64,000 bases of DNA, taken from Haliotis cracherodii (Eukaryota). Position 1 is the first letter of the stretch, and each line of letters opens with the position of its first letter. The DNA is taken from positions 53,940,001-54,004,000 of the forward strand of contig NW_027266341.1 in the NCBI RefSeq assembly GCF_022045235.1, written 5' to 3'. The notes beneath the pieces are model-generated. The model did no database searches. It saw nothing but the letters and a program-made list of their open reading frames with translations, and was not told the DNA's origin. Made by a program: the position numbers and the translations under genes. Below, piece by piece: positions 52,468 through 63,955 of the stretch.

Positions 52468-53241
52468 ACCATACACAAGTCGTCTGTTTTCTCTACAGTG
52501 TTTCTTCCTTACAGCTAATAATAATTGGGCGACAGCAGCATCGCAATATTGGCCAAATCCTCAAGATTTCCGAACATGTGACATAAATTCATATGGATAT
52601 TGTTAAAAGTGAATGCTGCCTCTATATTGCTGTGCTGCTGTGTCCCAATTTCATGATCTGCACTTAGCAGAAGATTTCTAAATAGGTGGGGTTACCTTAA
52701 GATCCGACACTTCTAAATGTTTATGTGGCGACAATTGTGACACGGGATATTCTCTGAGGACAGCTCTCTGATACTTTGTTATCTGGAATAAATTTTATAT
52801 TCCAATATAATAGCTAATCGTTTCTAATGTAACAATAATTGTGGCTTCCTTTTAAAGGAGTGCGAATCGAGAATTGCCTTTCTTCTCTAAAACAGAAGTG
52901 TCGCCAAATGGGACCAGTAGTTTAGAAAATTGGAGTGGGCCAAAAATGGCCTTGATGGTTCCTTGCCCTTTTCTGAAAAAGTCCCAGCCTCGCACAACCG
53001 ATTTAATATGTAACCGATTTGTGTCTGAGATACTATCCGCAACGTTATTTTGAGCTCACTCACTCACCCACCTTGGCGTGCAGTTATTCATAACACAACT
53101 AATTTATTCATAAAAGATGTGACTTCTCAATTTTGGTGTAGTCATGTTGTTTAGATATACTGAACTGTTCAGTATAATTATGTCACCAAACGAGTTATTA
53201 GTTGTTCTGTTGTGATAGGTTTCCTTTTGTTATCCCCCATG

Positions 53242-53748
53242 CAGAGCTCCAGATAAGCTGCGTATCTGCGTAAAATACGCATCAGACATGCAGAAATACG
53301 CAGTAAAATAAAATCCAAGCGTATCAAATACGCAACGAACATTTACAGATACGCTACAAAAATAAAATTTGTGCGTATCATCAAAATATTGTGAAGTAAC
53401 CCTGCGTATTCGATTAGCAAATCAGCAACTTATTTTGAAATTATAAACGGGCATTCCGTCAACCTTGCCAAACTCCACAATGACAGTTACATCATGATCA
53501 TTTGCCATCACACTTTCTTGTGGAAGTATCGTGGTAGTTTTGAGTCCTATAAAGCTCTCAAAACCACACGACACCAGTTTGCAGGGACTTGATGAATAGT
53601 GTTTTTAAATATTTAACTTAAATACGAACATGTGTAAAAACTAGTGAGTAACAGAAATTTGAATACCCAGATAGAATTACTGATACCCAATGATTTTAAA
53701 ATGCATGGGTAAAATACCCACAACACCAAGAGCTTATCTGGAGCTCTG
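53242..53748. mobile_element. Non-autonomous DNA transposon with 18-bp perfect TIRs (P- or hAT-like CAGAG terminus)
   Basis: CAGAGCTCCAGATAAGCT ... AGCTTATCTGGAGCTCTG. Subterminal ATACGC/GCGTAT repeats on the left and ATACCC repeats on the right. No clear TSD. Confidence 0.85.
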
Positions 53749-53835
53749 GCCTTTAGAGCTTTCGAGGTGGTGAGGTGACGCAGTTTAACATGGACACCCC
53801 ACTCAAACACGATGTAATGACTCCGAGCCGACCAG

Positions 53836-53942
53836 GGCCCCGTTCCACATAGCAATCTTAGCGCTACGATTGTCGTAAGTCAATGTTAAAGTATGGAAGT
53901 TATGATCCCCTTAGCGCTACGATCACTTTGTGGAACGGGGTC
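53836..53942. mobile_element. Short palindromic MITE nested in a family C SINE
   Basis: GGCCCCGTTCCACA...TGTGGAACGGGGTC with internal CTTAGCGCTA repeats; related to 60243-60349. Confidence 0.75.
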
Positions 53943-53964
53943 GAGTACTTGTTTTATCGACCCC

Positions 53965-55232
53965 CTTTATGCCAAGAACAAGGGTAACAGCAGGTACCAT
54001 CTTTCAACGTCATATGGTATGCCTGGGATCGAACCACCGACCGCCAGCTCTCGGGGCAGTCGCTCTATCAACTAGACCATGGAAGCCATAGAGCTTTCGA
54101 AGGTACAAAATTGTGGTATATTTTTTAAAAGTGGGCGCGCGAGTTCATACTCCACCTGTCTTCAAACTTATGTTTATTCAATGACATCTTTCAACATCTG
54201 TGTTATCATTGTATGGAAATCAATCTCATGCTAAAATGAGCCGTCACCATGTAAATTGTGAATGACAGTTTCTTGGTTGACATTTGAAAATTTCAGAAAT
54301 TGAATTTGACCTAAAGCCATTGATACTGAGTGAGTGGCCCTTGATTATTTTAAAATTTAACATTTCTGTTGGTTATGTCCAAGATTACAAATGCCGTCTC
54401 TGTTCATTGTGTTTGATTCATATGGGTCAACTTGACCTGTCTTTCGTGAAAGTATTTGAGTTGTCGGAAAAAAACACGGACGAATAGTTTGAATATCTAA
54501 GAAATGACAGTGGAATAGTCCTAGACATCACATTGCCTTCTTTTACAGACCGAGGGAAAGGTGTCTCAATCGCCTAAGACGCCGCGAATCGCCGTGCATG
54601 CAAAAGTTGCGTCCCTTCGACATGTCAGAAACCTATGTGTGTTCGAATCTCCGATAAACCCTGACTGTGTTTCTAGGTTTGTCAGCTCCATGGCTCCATG
54701 GTCAACATCTACATCACTTCAGACTTGCCTCCCTTACCAATTTAGCTGACACGCTGTGTTCAAAGCGAGTCAAACCCAGCTCACTCACTCACTATTCACA
54801 GTCTATTGTTTCATTATTTAATAGCAATTCGAAATAATATTATTTTACCCTTTTCAAGTTTGCTAGGACTGAGTCTATAGTAATCCGACCAGTGTATATA
54901 TACGATCAAATACAATTGTTCCTTATTCTGAATGTAGGAAATATGTTCGTGGTTGTTTGGAGCCGGAGGTCTGGTTATATGGTTATCTCCCTTTGACCAC
55001 TTCCACATCGCTTGAAGCGCCGCCACAACAAGCGAGCTTGGACAAACGTGTTTTGGTATATGACTCTTTAAACGTCTTTCGACAATTTGATATCATAAAC
55101 AGAAACGGCGCAGATCTATTTTCTCAGTTAAGTTCTGTATGTTTCAGAAATAAAAAGTGAATATTGTTGTAACTGCCTGGTTTAAACACTGTTTTATTTC
55201 ATTTCACAATTGAGAATTATTGATTGGGCAAT
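53965..55232 (+). repeat. Segmental block B', paralogous to 23355-25808
   Basis: Collinear with block B but lacking its ~140-bp and ~1-kb extra segments. Confidence 0.9.
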
Positions 55233-55272
55233 AGCCGATTTGTCTGTATGAAGCCCGTTACAAAACTACAAA

Positions 55273-55517
55273 TGTTTGTTTGTTTGTTTTTAAACGACGC
55301 ACTCAGCAATATTCCAGCTATATGACGGTGGTCTGTTAATCATCGAGCCCGGACCAGACAATCCAGTGATTGACATCATGATCATCGATCCACGCAATTG
55401 GGATACGATGACATGCATCAAATCAAGTCAGCGAGCCTGACCACCCGATCCCGTTAGTCGCCTCTTACGACAAGCATGTGTTGCTTAGACCTATTCTATC
55501 CCTGATCTCCAATGGTC
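55273..55517 (-). mobile_element. SINE family A
   Basis: (GTTT)n tail and family A body in reverse. Confidence 0.82.
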
Positions 55518-55727
55518 TACGAATAATGTGTGTTAGGCCACCAGAAGTTCAAAGCGCGATTGATAGTATTGGCGTTACAACAACTGCTAAGTGTATGCTT
55601 AGTAAGAAAATAAGTTTACAATTTAATTATTTTAGATATTCAAAACCAAAAAGTATGGAAACGTCAGTCAGTTACGTGTGTAATACATTTGCAAATCCAG
55701 AATTACATCCCTTAACATAGAAACAAT

Positions 55728-55795
55728 AGTTTGTTTATGCCTATAAATAGAACACCGAAACAGTTTGTTTATGCCTATAAATAGAACACCGAAAC
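55728..55795 (+). repeat. 34-bp perfect tandem duplication
   Basis: AGTTTGTTTATGCCTATAAATAGAACACCGAAAC x2. Confidence 0.9.
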
Positions 55796-55842
55796 AACGC
55801 ATGGAAACTACCTTCGAAGAAGTACCACAATTACAGGTCTAA

Positions 55843-56112
55843 GACCCGTGAAGATCAGAGGTAGAATAGGTCTTCAGCAACCCATGCTTGCCATAAGAGG
55901 CGACTATGCTTTTCGTAAGAGGCGACTAATGGGATCGGGTGGTCAGGTTCGCTGGCTTTGTTGATGCATGTCATCGATCCCAATTGCGTGGATCGATGCT
56001 CATGATATCAATCACTTGATTGTCTGGTCCAGACTCGATTTTTTACAGACAGCCGTCATATAGCTGGAATATTGCTGACTGCGGCGTCAAACGAATAATC
56101 AAACAAACAAAC
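55843..56112 (+). mobile_element. SINE family A, full length
   Basis: GACCCGTGAAGATC...(AAAC)n, flanked by TTACAGGT(C)TAA direct repeats. Confidence 0.88.
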
Positions 56113-56906
56113 GTTACAGGTTAAACATTATGGACGAAGGGATTACATTCCCGAATCCCGGTCTAAACTTCATGATGATTTAATATGTTGTACCCCTTCC
56201 TGCCATACAGCGATTACATAAATGGTACATCAAATGTCTAATGCAAAATTAGTGGGACACCCAAGTAGATATCAATAAATAATTTATCTAAATGAATATC
56301 GGTTACATGGGTTGTCAGTCCAGATTTGAAGAGGTCATTCTACGACATTTACATGTATCAAGACACTGACATTCTGTTGGCTAATTTTAACTGGGGCATT
56401 TATCTGTTCAGCAGAGGTCTCGTACGTCCCCATGGGGATCGACCTTTTCTTGCTGGCGAAAGTAGCCTGTTTTCCTTATACTGTACTGTCAAATAATAGT
56501 CATTGTGACCATATTAACTTTTTAATGTCCTAATACTAGATTTAAATATAGTGATATCTGTGATAATCAAATTGTCGATCGTCGACAGAATAGTTAGATA
56601 TTATTAATGTATAACTTGTGCTAGTCACGATATGGCAGCAATATTGCCGGTGTGACCTCACTCACCCAACCACTCTCACTCACTCACCCACTCATTTACT
56701 CACTCACTCATGATGATTAATGATGGTACGTGGACTACGACAGTAAAAATAGCTTCCGTTGCTATGACAGTACAACAAACACAACACTACCGTAAATAAT
56801 GAAATTAATGTTTACAATATTCATGTGAGCACGACCCTAACCTAAAATGCGCCAATAAATTAATTCGAGAAGTCCACAACCTTCTCATGCAATCGACAAC
56901 ATTAAG

Positions 56907-57068
56907 TTAGTGAGTATGGTTTTACGCCGCTTTTAGCAATATTCCAGCAATATCACGGCGGGGGACACCAGAAATGGGATTCACACATTGTACCCATGTT
57001 GGGAATGGAACCCGGGTCTTCGGCGTGACGAGCGAACGCTTTAACCAGTAGGCTACCCGACCGCCCCT
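56907..57068 (-). mobile_element. tRNA-derived SINE family B
   Basis: Reverse complement of 24384-24555; TSD GACAACATTAAG / GACAATATTAAG. Confidence 0.88.
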
Positions 57069-57509
57069 GACAATATTAAGACTTTAGACTTACAGTATAC
57101 TGTATTAACAATTTCATTAAATAATAGCGTTTACTTTTCTCACACAGACATGCGATCTCGCATGCTAGGGAAGAGCGAGGCGTACTGGTAGTGTATAGTG
57201 AAATGTTCTTAAATCGTTACTTTTGGGAGACAAGAGTTGTTTCCCTTCGACAGCAGAGTCGCCGAGTGACATAGGTCACCATTAAGAACATGCGTTTCAA
57301 CTTCAAAATAGTTCCTTTTACAAAAGTCTGTATCGACCACGAATAGAAATTCGACGTACTTAGCTAAAAAACAACGCTATTTATTTAAATCAGTTTAGAC
57401 ACGATATAATTACATTTTACCAAAGACTGTTCAATCGCGAGCCTGCTTTAGCAGTTCAGAATATATAAAAAAAATACACAATATAGTATATCTGCAAAGT
57501 GCAGAAGTA

Positions 57510-58191
57510 TGGAAGCCCTCTCTGCCAGGGTAAAATATATAAATAGTATTAATAGTGTCTTCTCACAATAATATATCATGGTATATGAGTCATTTTCAAA
57601 AGATATTATTATTTTTTTTATTATATATTATATCACTATATTTGTCAAAACCCATTACAAAATTAAAAATATATATATATTCACTGCAATTTTTACCTGC
57701 AAAGTAATGCATGTAACAAAAACGGTTATTTTCAATTATTGTGCTTTTGATGCATTTTAAATGGGTAGAAAATGCATTTTTTGGCTGTCCCAGTGCATTC
57801 AGCTTCAAATTTCAGAAACTGTCATTTTTTAATATTGGCATATATTTAATTTTACTGTGGTTATCTCATAAAAACTAGTGTTATTTAGGAATTTCAGTGT
57901 GTAATTTCAATCTAAAGGATATAATTCCTGAATAATAATTATATATAACAACGTCCTTATATTTTGTGTCTTTCCTGTAACATTTAATAAAACTTTGGAA
58001 TAATCAATGATCTCCAATGCAAGGATATCAGTACTTTCTGTCATGCCTAGTACAATTTCCTACACAATAGGAGTGTCATGTGCCAGGTGCTCCAGAGGAC
58101 AAATTAGCACCAAAATTTAACCAAAAAGGAGCGCTTTCGTACAACCAGGGAACTTAAAACATATTTTTTACCATGGCAGGTAGACGCTTCC
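57510..58191. mobile_element. Possible old AT-rich non-autonomous DNA element
   Basis: Imperfect TIR: GGAAGCCCTCTCTGCCAGGGTAAAA ... TTTTACCATGGCAGGTAGACGCTTCC. Confidence 0.45.
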
Positions 58192-58775
58192 GTTCGGACG
58201 AGATCCCACCAAAGAAGTATATGCGTTGGAGATATTTTCAAACTAATAAGCTGCAAAAAGTTTCAGCTTATTTGAGTCAATTTGGGACCATCTCTATTCC
58301 CTTAATGGATAGAATTTTACAAATTGAATGAATGTTTTGACCATTTATTTGACAGGTTGGCTGAAAGGAGTCCCATTGATCAGATTCACGGATATGAAGA
58401 TCCAAGCAATGTTAACCACCATAACAAATAAACAACAATAAAAACTAATTAATTATATTTTTGATGCGATTAGAAGCCGGAGAAGAAATTAACTTGGATT
58501 CATTCTTTTGGGAGAATGTTTACAGCTGACTGAAAGACGATTGCTTATTGTCACCATGGGAACGCCACTGTGTCAGTGAAATGTCTTCAAGGGAATATTG
58601 GATAATATTGCAAAATTCCTTATTTGAAGTTTACTTAAGGAATCTGTGAAAAAGATGATTAGCGCCATCTTCGGCATGCATGGAGCTGTTGAGAAGTACC
58701 CCGTTGGGAGTCTGGTTTAGACTTCATCCCAGCATCTTACCTAAGAGGTAATTTGATTGTAGGGTTGGTCGGTTG

Positions 58776-59025
58776 GTAGGTTTGTTTGTTGTTTAACGCC
58801 GCACTCATATATAATCCAGCTACATGACGTCGGTCTGTAAATAATCGAGTCAGGGCCAGATTATCAAGCGATTAATATCATGTGCATCGATCAACACAAT
58901 TGGGATCGATGACATGCATCAACCAAGTCCGCGAGCCTGACCACCCGATCCCTTTTACGACAAGCATAGTCACCTGGTAAGCATGGATTGCTGAAGATCT
59001 ATTCTACCCCGGATCTTCACGGGTC
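58776..59025 (-). mobile_element. SINE family A
   Basis: Reverse complement of the consensus, ending GATCTTCACGGGTC. Confidence 0.85.
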
Positions 59026-59033
59026 CTTGACAG

Positions 59034-59400
59034 TAGGGATGGGTATTTGAGGTTTAAAGTGTATATTTCACAATATTTTGCGATGCACAAGGCCGTATAG
59101 CGGTATCACGATATATTGTATAATTCTAAATTTTGAATTCAGAAGCAATCTGATACATTAAGGTATGAACTGAAGTTCATAAATGGAACAAAACCAGATT
59201 CTGCCAAAACATGCTGTTTGTTCAGTCAATAAATATGCTCCGGGTGCATGCTACGGGGTAGCGAAGGCATTCGTGGCAAATATATAACATTAAACACATC
59301 ATAAAAATCGCTGAAATCATGGAGAAATGATATTGTGATACGTATCGTGGAAAAAATAAACCTCAATTTATCGATATACAGATAATACCGCGCACCCTTA
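59034..59400. mobile_element. hAT-type MITE
   Basis: Termini TAGGGATG...CACCCTTA; 8-bp TSD CTTGACAG / CTTGATAG; internal CGATAT repeats. Confidence 0.7.
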
Positions 59401-59740
59401 CTTGATAGATCTGGTGGCCAGGCTCGGTGGCTTGGTTTTGTTGAATTCGTCATCGGATCCCGACATGGGTCGCTGAATTGCATATTCGATTATTTACAGG
59501 CCGGCGTTGTTGAGTGCAGCGTTGAACAATAAATAAACAAACTGGTGAGAAGTGGATTCGAAATATATGCATATGTTCAGGACAACGTCTGCTCAAAAGT
59601 TTAGATTGCCTTACGGAAAAATACTACGCAGGGCAAATTCACACTTCGATCGACACAACACGCATGTAACATTTTCTCTACAACCAAACACGACTATATT
59701 TTAGGCGATCTGATGAAAAAATGAGACGCAGCTGTGTTTC

Positions 59741-59830
59741 TTGCGCATGGCACAAGCCCGCCTTGTGAATTCCGCTCCTGACGTCACTTTTTGCACGTGA
59801 TATACGTTTTTTTCCGGGGGATCACGTGCA
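59741..59830. promoter_or_regulatory. Cluster of NRF1-like, CRE and two E-box motifs
   Basis: TGCGCATGG, TGACGTCA (59779-59786), GCACGTGA and TCACGTGC within 90 bp; CpG-rich. Confidence 0.4.
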
Positions 59831-60021
59831 TATAACAATGACGACAGGTGTGTCTGTTCGTATGTCACTGTTACATGTACTGACATGATACTAAGGTGTA
59901 ACGGTGTGCCAACATCGAGGGTCCTGTATTGATACCTCGGTGGCTCAGTTAACTCTATCCATGGGGAGTCCTTGTTAGAATTGGTATCCAGAGACCTATG
60001 TTTGTCGTTAGAGGCAACCAA

Positions 60022-60373
60022 GTGTTTGTTTGTTTGTTGTTTAACGGCGCACTCAGGAATATTCCAGGTATATAACGGCGGTCTGTAAATAATCAATCTG
60101 GACCAGACAATCCAATGATTGATGTCAGGAGCATCGACCCACGCATTTGGGATACGATGACATGCATCAACCACGTCAGCGAGCCTGACCATCCAGTTCT
60201 GTTAGTCGCCTCTTACGGCAAATATGGGTTGCTGAAGACCAGGGCCCACTTGCACAAAGCGATCTTAGCGCTAAGATGACCGTAACTCCCATACTTTAAC
60301 ATAGGCTTACAATAGTCGTAGCGCTAAGATCGCTTTGTGCAAGTGGGCCCTGTTCTAACCCGGATCTTCACGG
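60022..60373 (-). mobile_element. SINE family A interrupted by a MITE
   Basis: Consensus GCTGAAGACC|TTCTAACCCGGATCTTCACGG is split by the insertion. Confidence 0.85.
60243..60349. mobile_element. 107-bp MITE with 31-bp perfect TIRs (PIF/Harbinger-like, CWG target)
   Basis: GGCCCACTTGCACAAAGCGATCTTAGCGCTA ... TAGCGCTAAGATCGCTTTGTGCAAGTGGGCC, flanked by CAG and CTG. Confidence 0.88.
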
Positions 60374-60428
60374 AGCCGGTGACTTTGTAGATAGTTTCAT
60401 CGGAGCTGATCGTTTGCATACGATACTA

Positions 60429-60785
60429 TACGAGGGGTTATCGATATGTTCTGAACCTCAAATAGAAAGACGTAAAGACTCTAAACACATGATTCGACAT
60501 TGATACACGTTTGCCAACGATGTTGGAGGGATGGTTTTCTCAGTTTCCGAGAAGTCCTTCTCTTGGCTGTCCAAAATGTTACTCATAGCTGCTCTTAGTC
60601 TTAGTTTTATCCAGTAATTTCCTCAAAAGAGTAGCATAATATGCTCCGTTTATGGCTTGACTTTTTGGAAGATAGTTCACCATGAAGACACCCTCGGCAT
60701 CCCGAAACAAGACGGCCACAATCAGACGATGGGGCAATCTTTGCCTTCTTTGTTGGAGGTGATGTCAAATTCTTCCATGTTTTGA
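60429..60785 (-). mobile_element. Decayed mariner transposase remnant with 3' TIR
   Basis: Minus-strand translation WKNLTSPPTKKAKIAPS/IVAVLFRDAEGVFMVNYLPKSQAINGAYYATLLRKL...LQHRWQTCI resembles the mariner catalytic domain. TACGAGGG terminus at 60429. Frameshifted and internally deleted. Confidence 0.82.
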
Positions 60786-61110
60786 TAATTATTTGCTGGA
60801 AGTTGGCATATAGTTATGTCAAAAAGTGTGAGTCCGATGAGTTCCTAGAATGCTAGCGGATGAAATGATTGATTGTTGTTTAACGCCGGACTCAGCAATA
60901 TTCCAGCTATATGACGGCAGTTGGGATGAAATGAAGGCTATGTGGGTCACCACCTGTAATACCCTGTTCACAAGACAAATGCCACCCCGAAGTTTCTGTT
61001 TAGTCTGGTGACCTGTGATCATGAGAGCAGGGTCCATCACTATGATCCTGAGAACAGACCAGAATCCATGGACTGGAAACACGTCGAGTCTCCCTAATCA
61101 ACCATATCCA

Positions 61111-61214
61111 CATCTTCCCGAGGCAAGATCGTCCACTCGCCTTTTTATCGAAGTCTTATTTCCACACAAAACTTTGATATAAAGTCTAGTGGACACGTTT
61201 GCCTCGGGAAGATG
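61111..61214. mobile_element. ~104-bp MITE
   Basis: TIR CATCTTCCCGAGGCAA...TTGCCTCGGGAAGATG; flanks ACCATATCCA / ACCTATCCA resemble a 9-10-bp TSD. Confidence 0.75.
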
Positions 61215-61259
61215 ACCTATCCATTGAGAAAGCTGTGTCCATCTTCTTTTGAGACACCA

Positions 61260-61422
61260 GTGAGTGAGTATGGTTTTACGCCGCTTTTACCAATATTCCA
61301 GCAATATCACGGCGGGGGGACACCAGAAATGGGCTTCTCACATTGTACCCATGTCGGGAATCGAACCCGGGTCTTCGGCGTGACGAGCGAACGCTTTAAC
61401 CAGTAGGCTACCCGACCGGCCC
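61260..61422 (-). mobile_element. tRNA-derived SINE family B
   Basis: Full length; perfect 11-bp TSD TTGAGACACCA. Confidence 0.9.
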
Positions 61423-61439
61423 TTGAGACACCAATAATA

Positions 61440-61802
61440 TACGTCGATTATTTATCACGGAGAACAACTATGGATGGCTAACTAGTATGCTAACTTATTG
61501 AAAAGACTGCGAGTGTATCAAATGGAATCGTAGTGGCAAACTTGGTGTTGCCCATCATGACAATGCTCCAGTTCACATGAGTCATGGTGTTAATGGCTGC
61601 TGAAAGGAATGTGGATCCGACTTTCTACGCCATCCACTTTCTTGACCAGATCTGGCCCCTAGTGACTACCGTCTGAATAACTGACCAGGAGAAGAGAAGG
61701 AACGTTTATTAATCTGCAAGGTGGCACTGTTGAAAAAAATAATAAAAGCTCAGTTTCACAGTTCTGTGTATGCTCAAAACCTGTTGATGCACCCCGAAAG
61801 TA
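61440..61802 (+). mobile_element. Second decayed mariner transposase remnant
   Basis: Fragments VDYL...YANLLKRL, HHDNAPVH (61552-61577) and HPLS*PDLAPSDY match the mariner motifs HDNAxPH and YSPDLAPSD; stops and frameshifts present. Confidence 0.85.
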
Positions 61803-62694
61803 ATTCGTGCAGGGATGTGGTGTGAAGTATTTGAGACACGTGAAATTAATACCATGTGGCATATTTCGAACAAAGTCACTTTCTTAAGGAGACGTCACAT
61901 GTGTTTCAGTTTTGGACAGGACCGAAGCCCAGGAAACTCTCAGGAATCAAGCTGTCGAATACGACCACCCATCCAACTACTCTCCACAACAACTTGATAC
62001 CTTGATCCATGGACATTGGTCACTAAACGTAGTGATACAGTAACATCTCTGTCGTTAAAGGGGGCAAGGGTAGCCCAGCCTTCCGGAGCAGAACGGAAAA
62101 AACATGAGAGATAGTCTAACCAAACTTGGCACATAGATAGGTCTAATTGTGAACTGGTGCCTTTTGATAGTTTGGGATTTTTGAAAACAATATTTTTCAA
62201 GTTTCCCAAGCTAAGACTTTGTCTCAGACTGAAAATGGCAGTAGTGCCCCTTTCCGGAGCATATCTTGAAAACCGTACAATATGTTTTGCCTTGCACACA
62301 ACCGGACATGTCATATTGACGGGGGATATGAGTATTTCATGCTTGTTGAACTCTTGGATCCTCATCTGGCCCTGTTCTCTGATGGCGCATAGTAGTCCTT
62401 GGCATCAACAAAGCTGAAAATGGGAATGCACGCCGCACTCAATTGTATAGTGCAATAGATGGCTTGTTGAGGCCATGACCCGATCCCGATGATCACTGCC
62501 CCTCTCTCACACGTGACTAAGGCATCGTCCCGACTGACCCCCATAACAGAGCCACCGTCACGACCCACCTAGATGATTCAACTCCATCCTCCATCAATAA
62601 TGTGACAAACACTGTCCCGACTCACAAGGTCTTCGATAATCCGACCATCGTCTTGGCCCACCCAGGTAATCTAGCGAACGTTCCGACCACCAAG

Positions 62695-62950
62695 GACCTG
62701 TGAAGATCCAGGGTAGAATAGGTCTTCAGCAACCCATGCTTGCTGTAACAGGCGACTATGCTTGTCGTAAGAGGTGACTAACGGGATCGGGTGGTCAGGC
62801 TCACTGACTTGGTTGATGCATGTCATCGATCCCATTTACGTTGATCGATCCTCATATTAATCACTGGATTATCTGGTCCAGACTCGATTATTTACAGACC
62901 GCCGTCATATAGCTGGAATATTGCTGAGTGTTGAGTAAAACAACAAACCA
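62695..62950 (+). mobile_element. SINE family A, full length
   Basis: GACCTGTGAAGATCCAGGGTAGAATAGG...AAAACAACAAAC. Confidence 0.88.
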
Positions 62951-63561
62951 CCCAATCCGAACACCAAAACGTTACCATTGCCCCAACCCAACGAGACACA
63001 CAGAAGTAGCACTTCTTCATGCGGCACGAGACGAATGTAGACAAAATAAATTGGGTTTCGTCATACGGTACCAGACACATGTGGATATGGCGGTCAGAGC
63101 AAACTGTACAATCAGCTATAAATGAGTGAGTGAGCGTATTAATGTTGTATAACGCTACAGTCAGCATTATTCAATATCGATTTACAACAGCCAATAACAG
63201 ATCGAGTCTGAGCCAGGCAAACCAGTGACTGACCGCATGGACACCGATTCAGGCAAGCAGCGCATGACCATACACCCGACTGAATGCACACCGCACTCAG
63301 CGATATTCTAGCACAAGCCCGACGGCCCTTGAAAAGGTGAGGTGACATGATCGTGTCGCTGTATGGCAGCCTGTACTAGTCCGGTCTAATGCCGGTTTTT
63401 AGTGCTGGTCCAGTGAGATACCATGCCGCAGTATCAAACTGCTGCTCGTCATATACAGTTTAAGCGACGATCCTCGTCAACGTTGTACCAGGAAACACAA
63501 TCAGATAGTTAACACACTGTAACCTAATCGATCTTCTTTAGTCGACTCTTACGACAAAATA

Positions 63562-63767
63562 TGTTTTGTTTGTTTGTTGTTTAACGCCGCATTCAGCAAT
63601 ATGAAAGCTATAAGACGGCGGTCTGTAAATAATCAAGTCTTGACCAGACAATCCAGTAGTTGACATCATGAGCATGGATCTACGCAACTGGGATTGACAT
63701 GCATCAACGCGTTGGTCGCCTCTTCCACAGGTTGCTGAAGACCAGTTCTAACCCGGATGTTCACGGA
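63562..63767 (-). mobile_element. SINE family A, internally deleted
   Basis: Reverse complement of the consensus. Confidence 0.8.
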
Positions 63768-63809
63768 TCCCCAAGATACGCCCCGTCCCATTAGCCTAAC
63801 CATGTCAAC

Positions 63810-63955
63810 TGATGGTCAGGCTCGTATAGCAACTGCTAGTAGATCGTGATGCTCATGTTGGCAATCACTGGATTGCCTTGTCAAGATTCGTGTATATACA
63901 GACCGTCATTTAGCTGAATTATTGCTGCGTTCGACGTTAAACAACAACCAAACAA
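63810..63955 (+). mobile_element. SINE family A, degenerate 3' part
   Basis: GGTCAGGCTCG...CACTGGATTG...GTTAAACAACAACC. Confidence 0.7.

Larger units (their letters stand above)
25809..52913 (+). repeat. Tandem array of ~3.6-kb units (8 gene copies; first and last units incomplete)
   Basis: The exon-3 ORF recurs at 26387, 29939, 33554, 37138, 40704, 44350, 47962 and 51551. Units differ mainly in microsatellite length and scattered substitutions. Confidence 0.97.

Noticed and set aside
58356-58440. Possible exon after TTTGACAG
   Set aside because: Short reading frames with no recognisable similarity and no partner exons.
59701-60192. 163-aa minus-strand ORF
   Set aside because: It begins inside a family A SINE and has no recognisable domain; a chance ORF.
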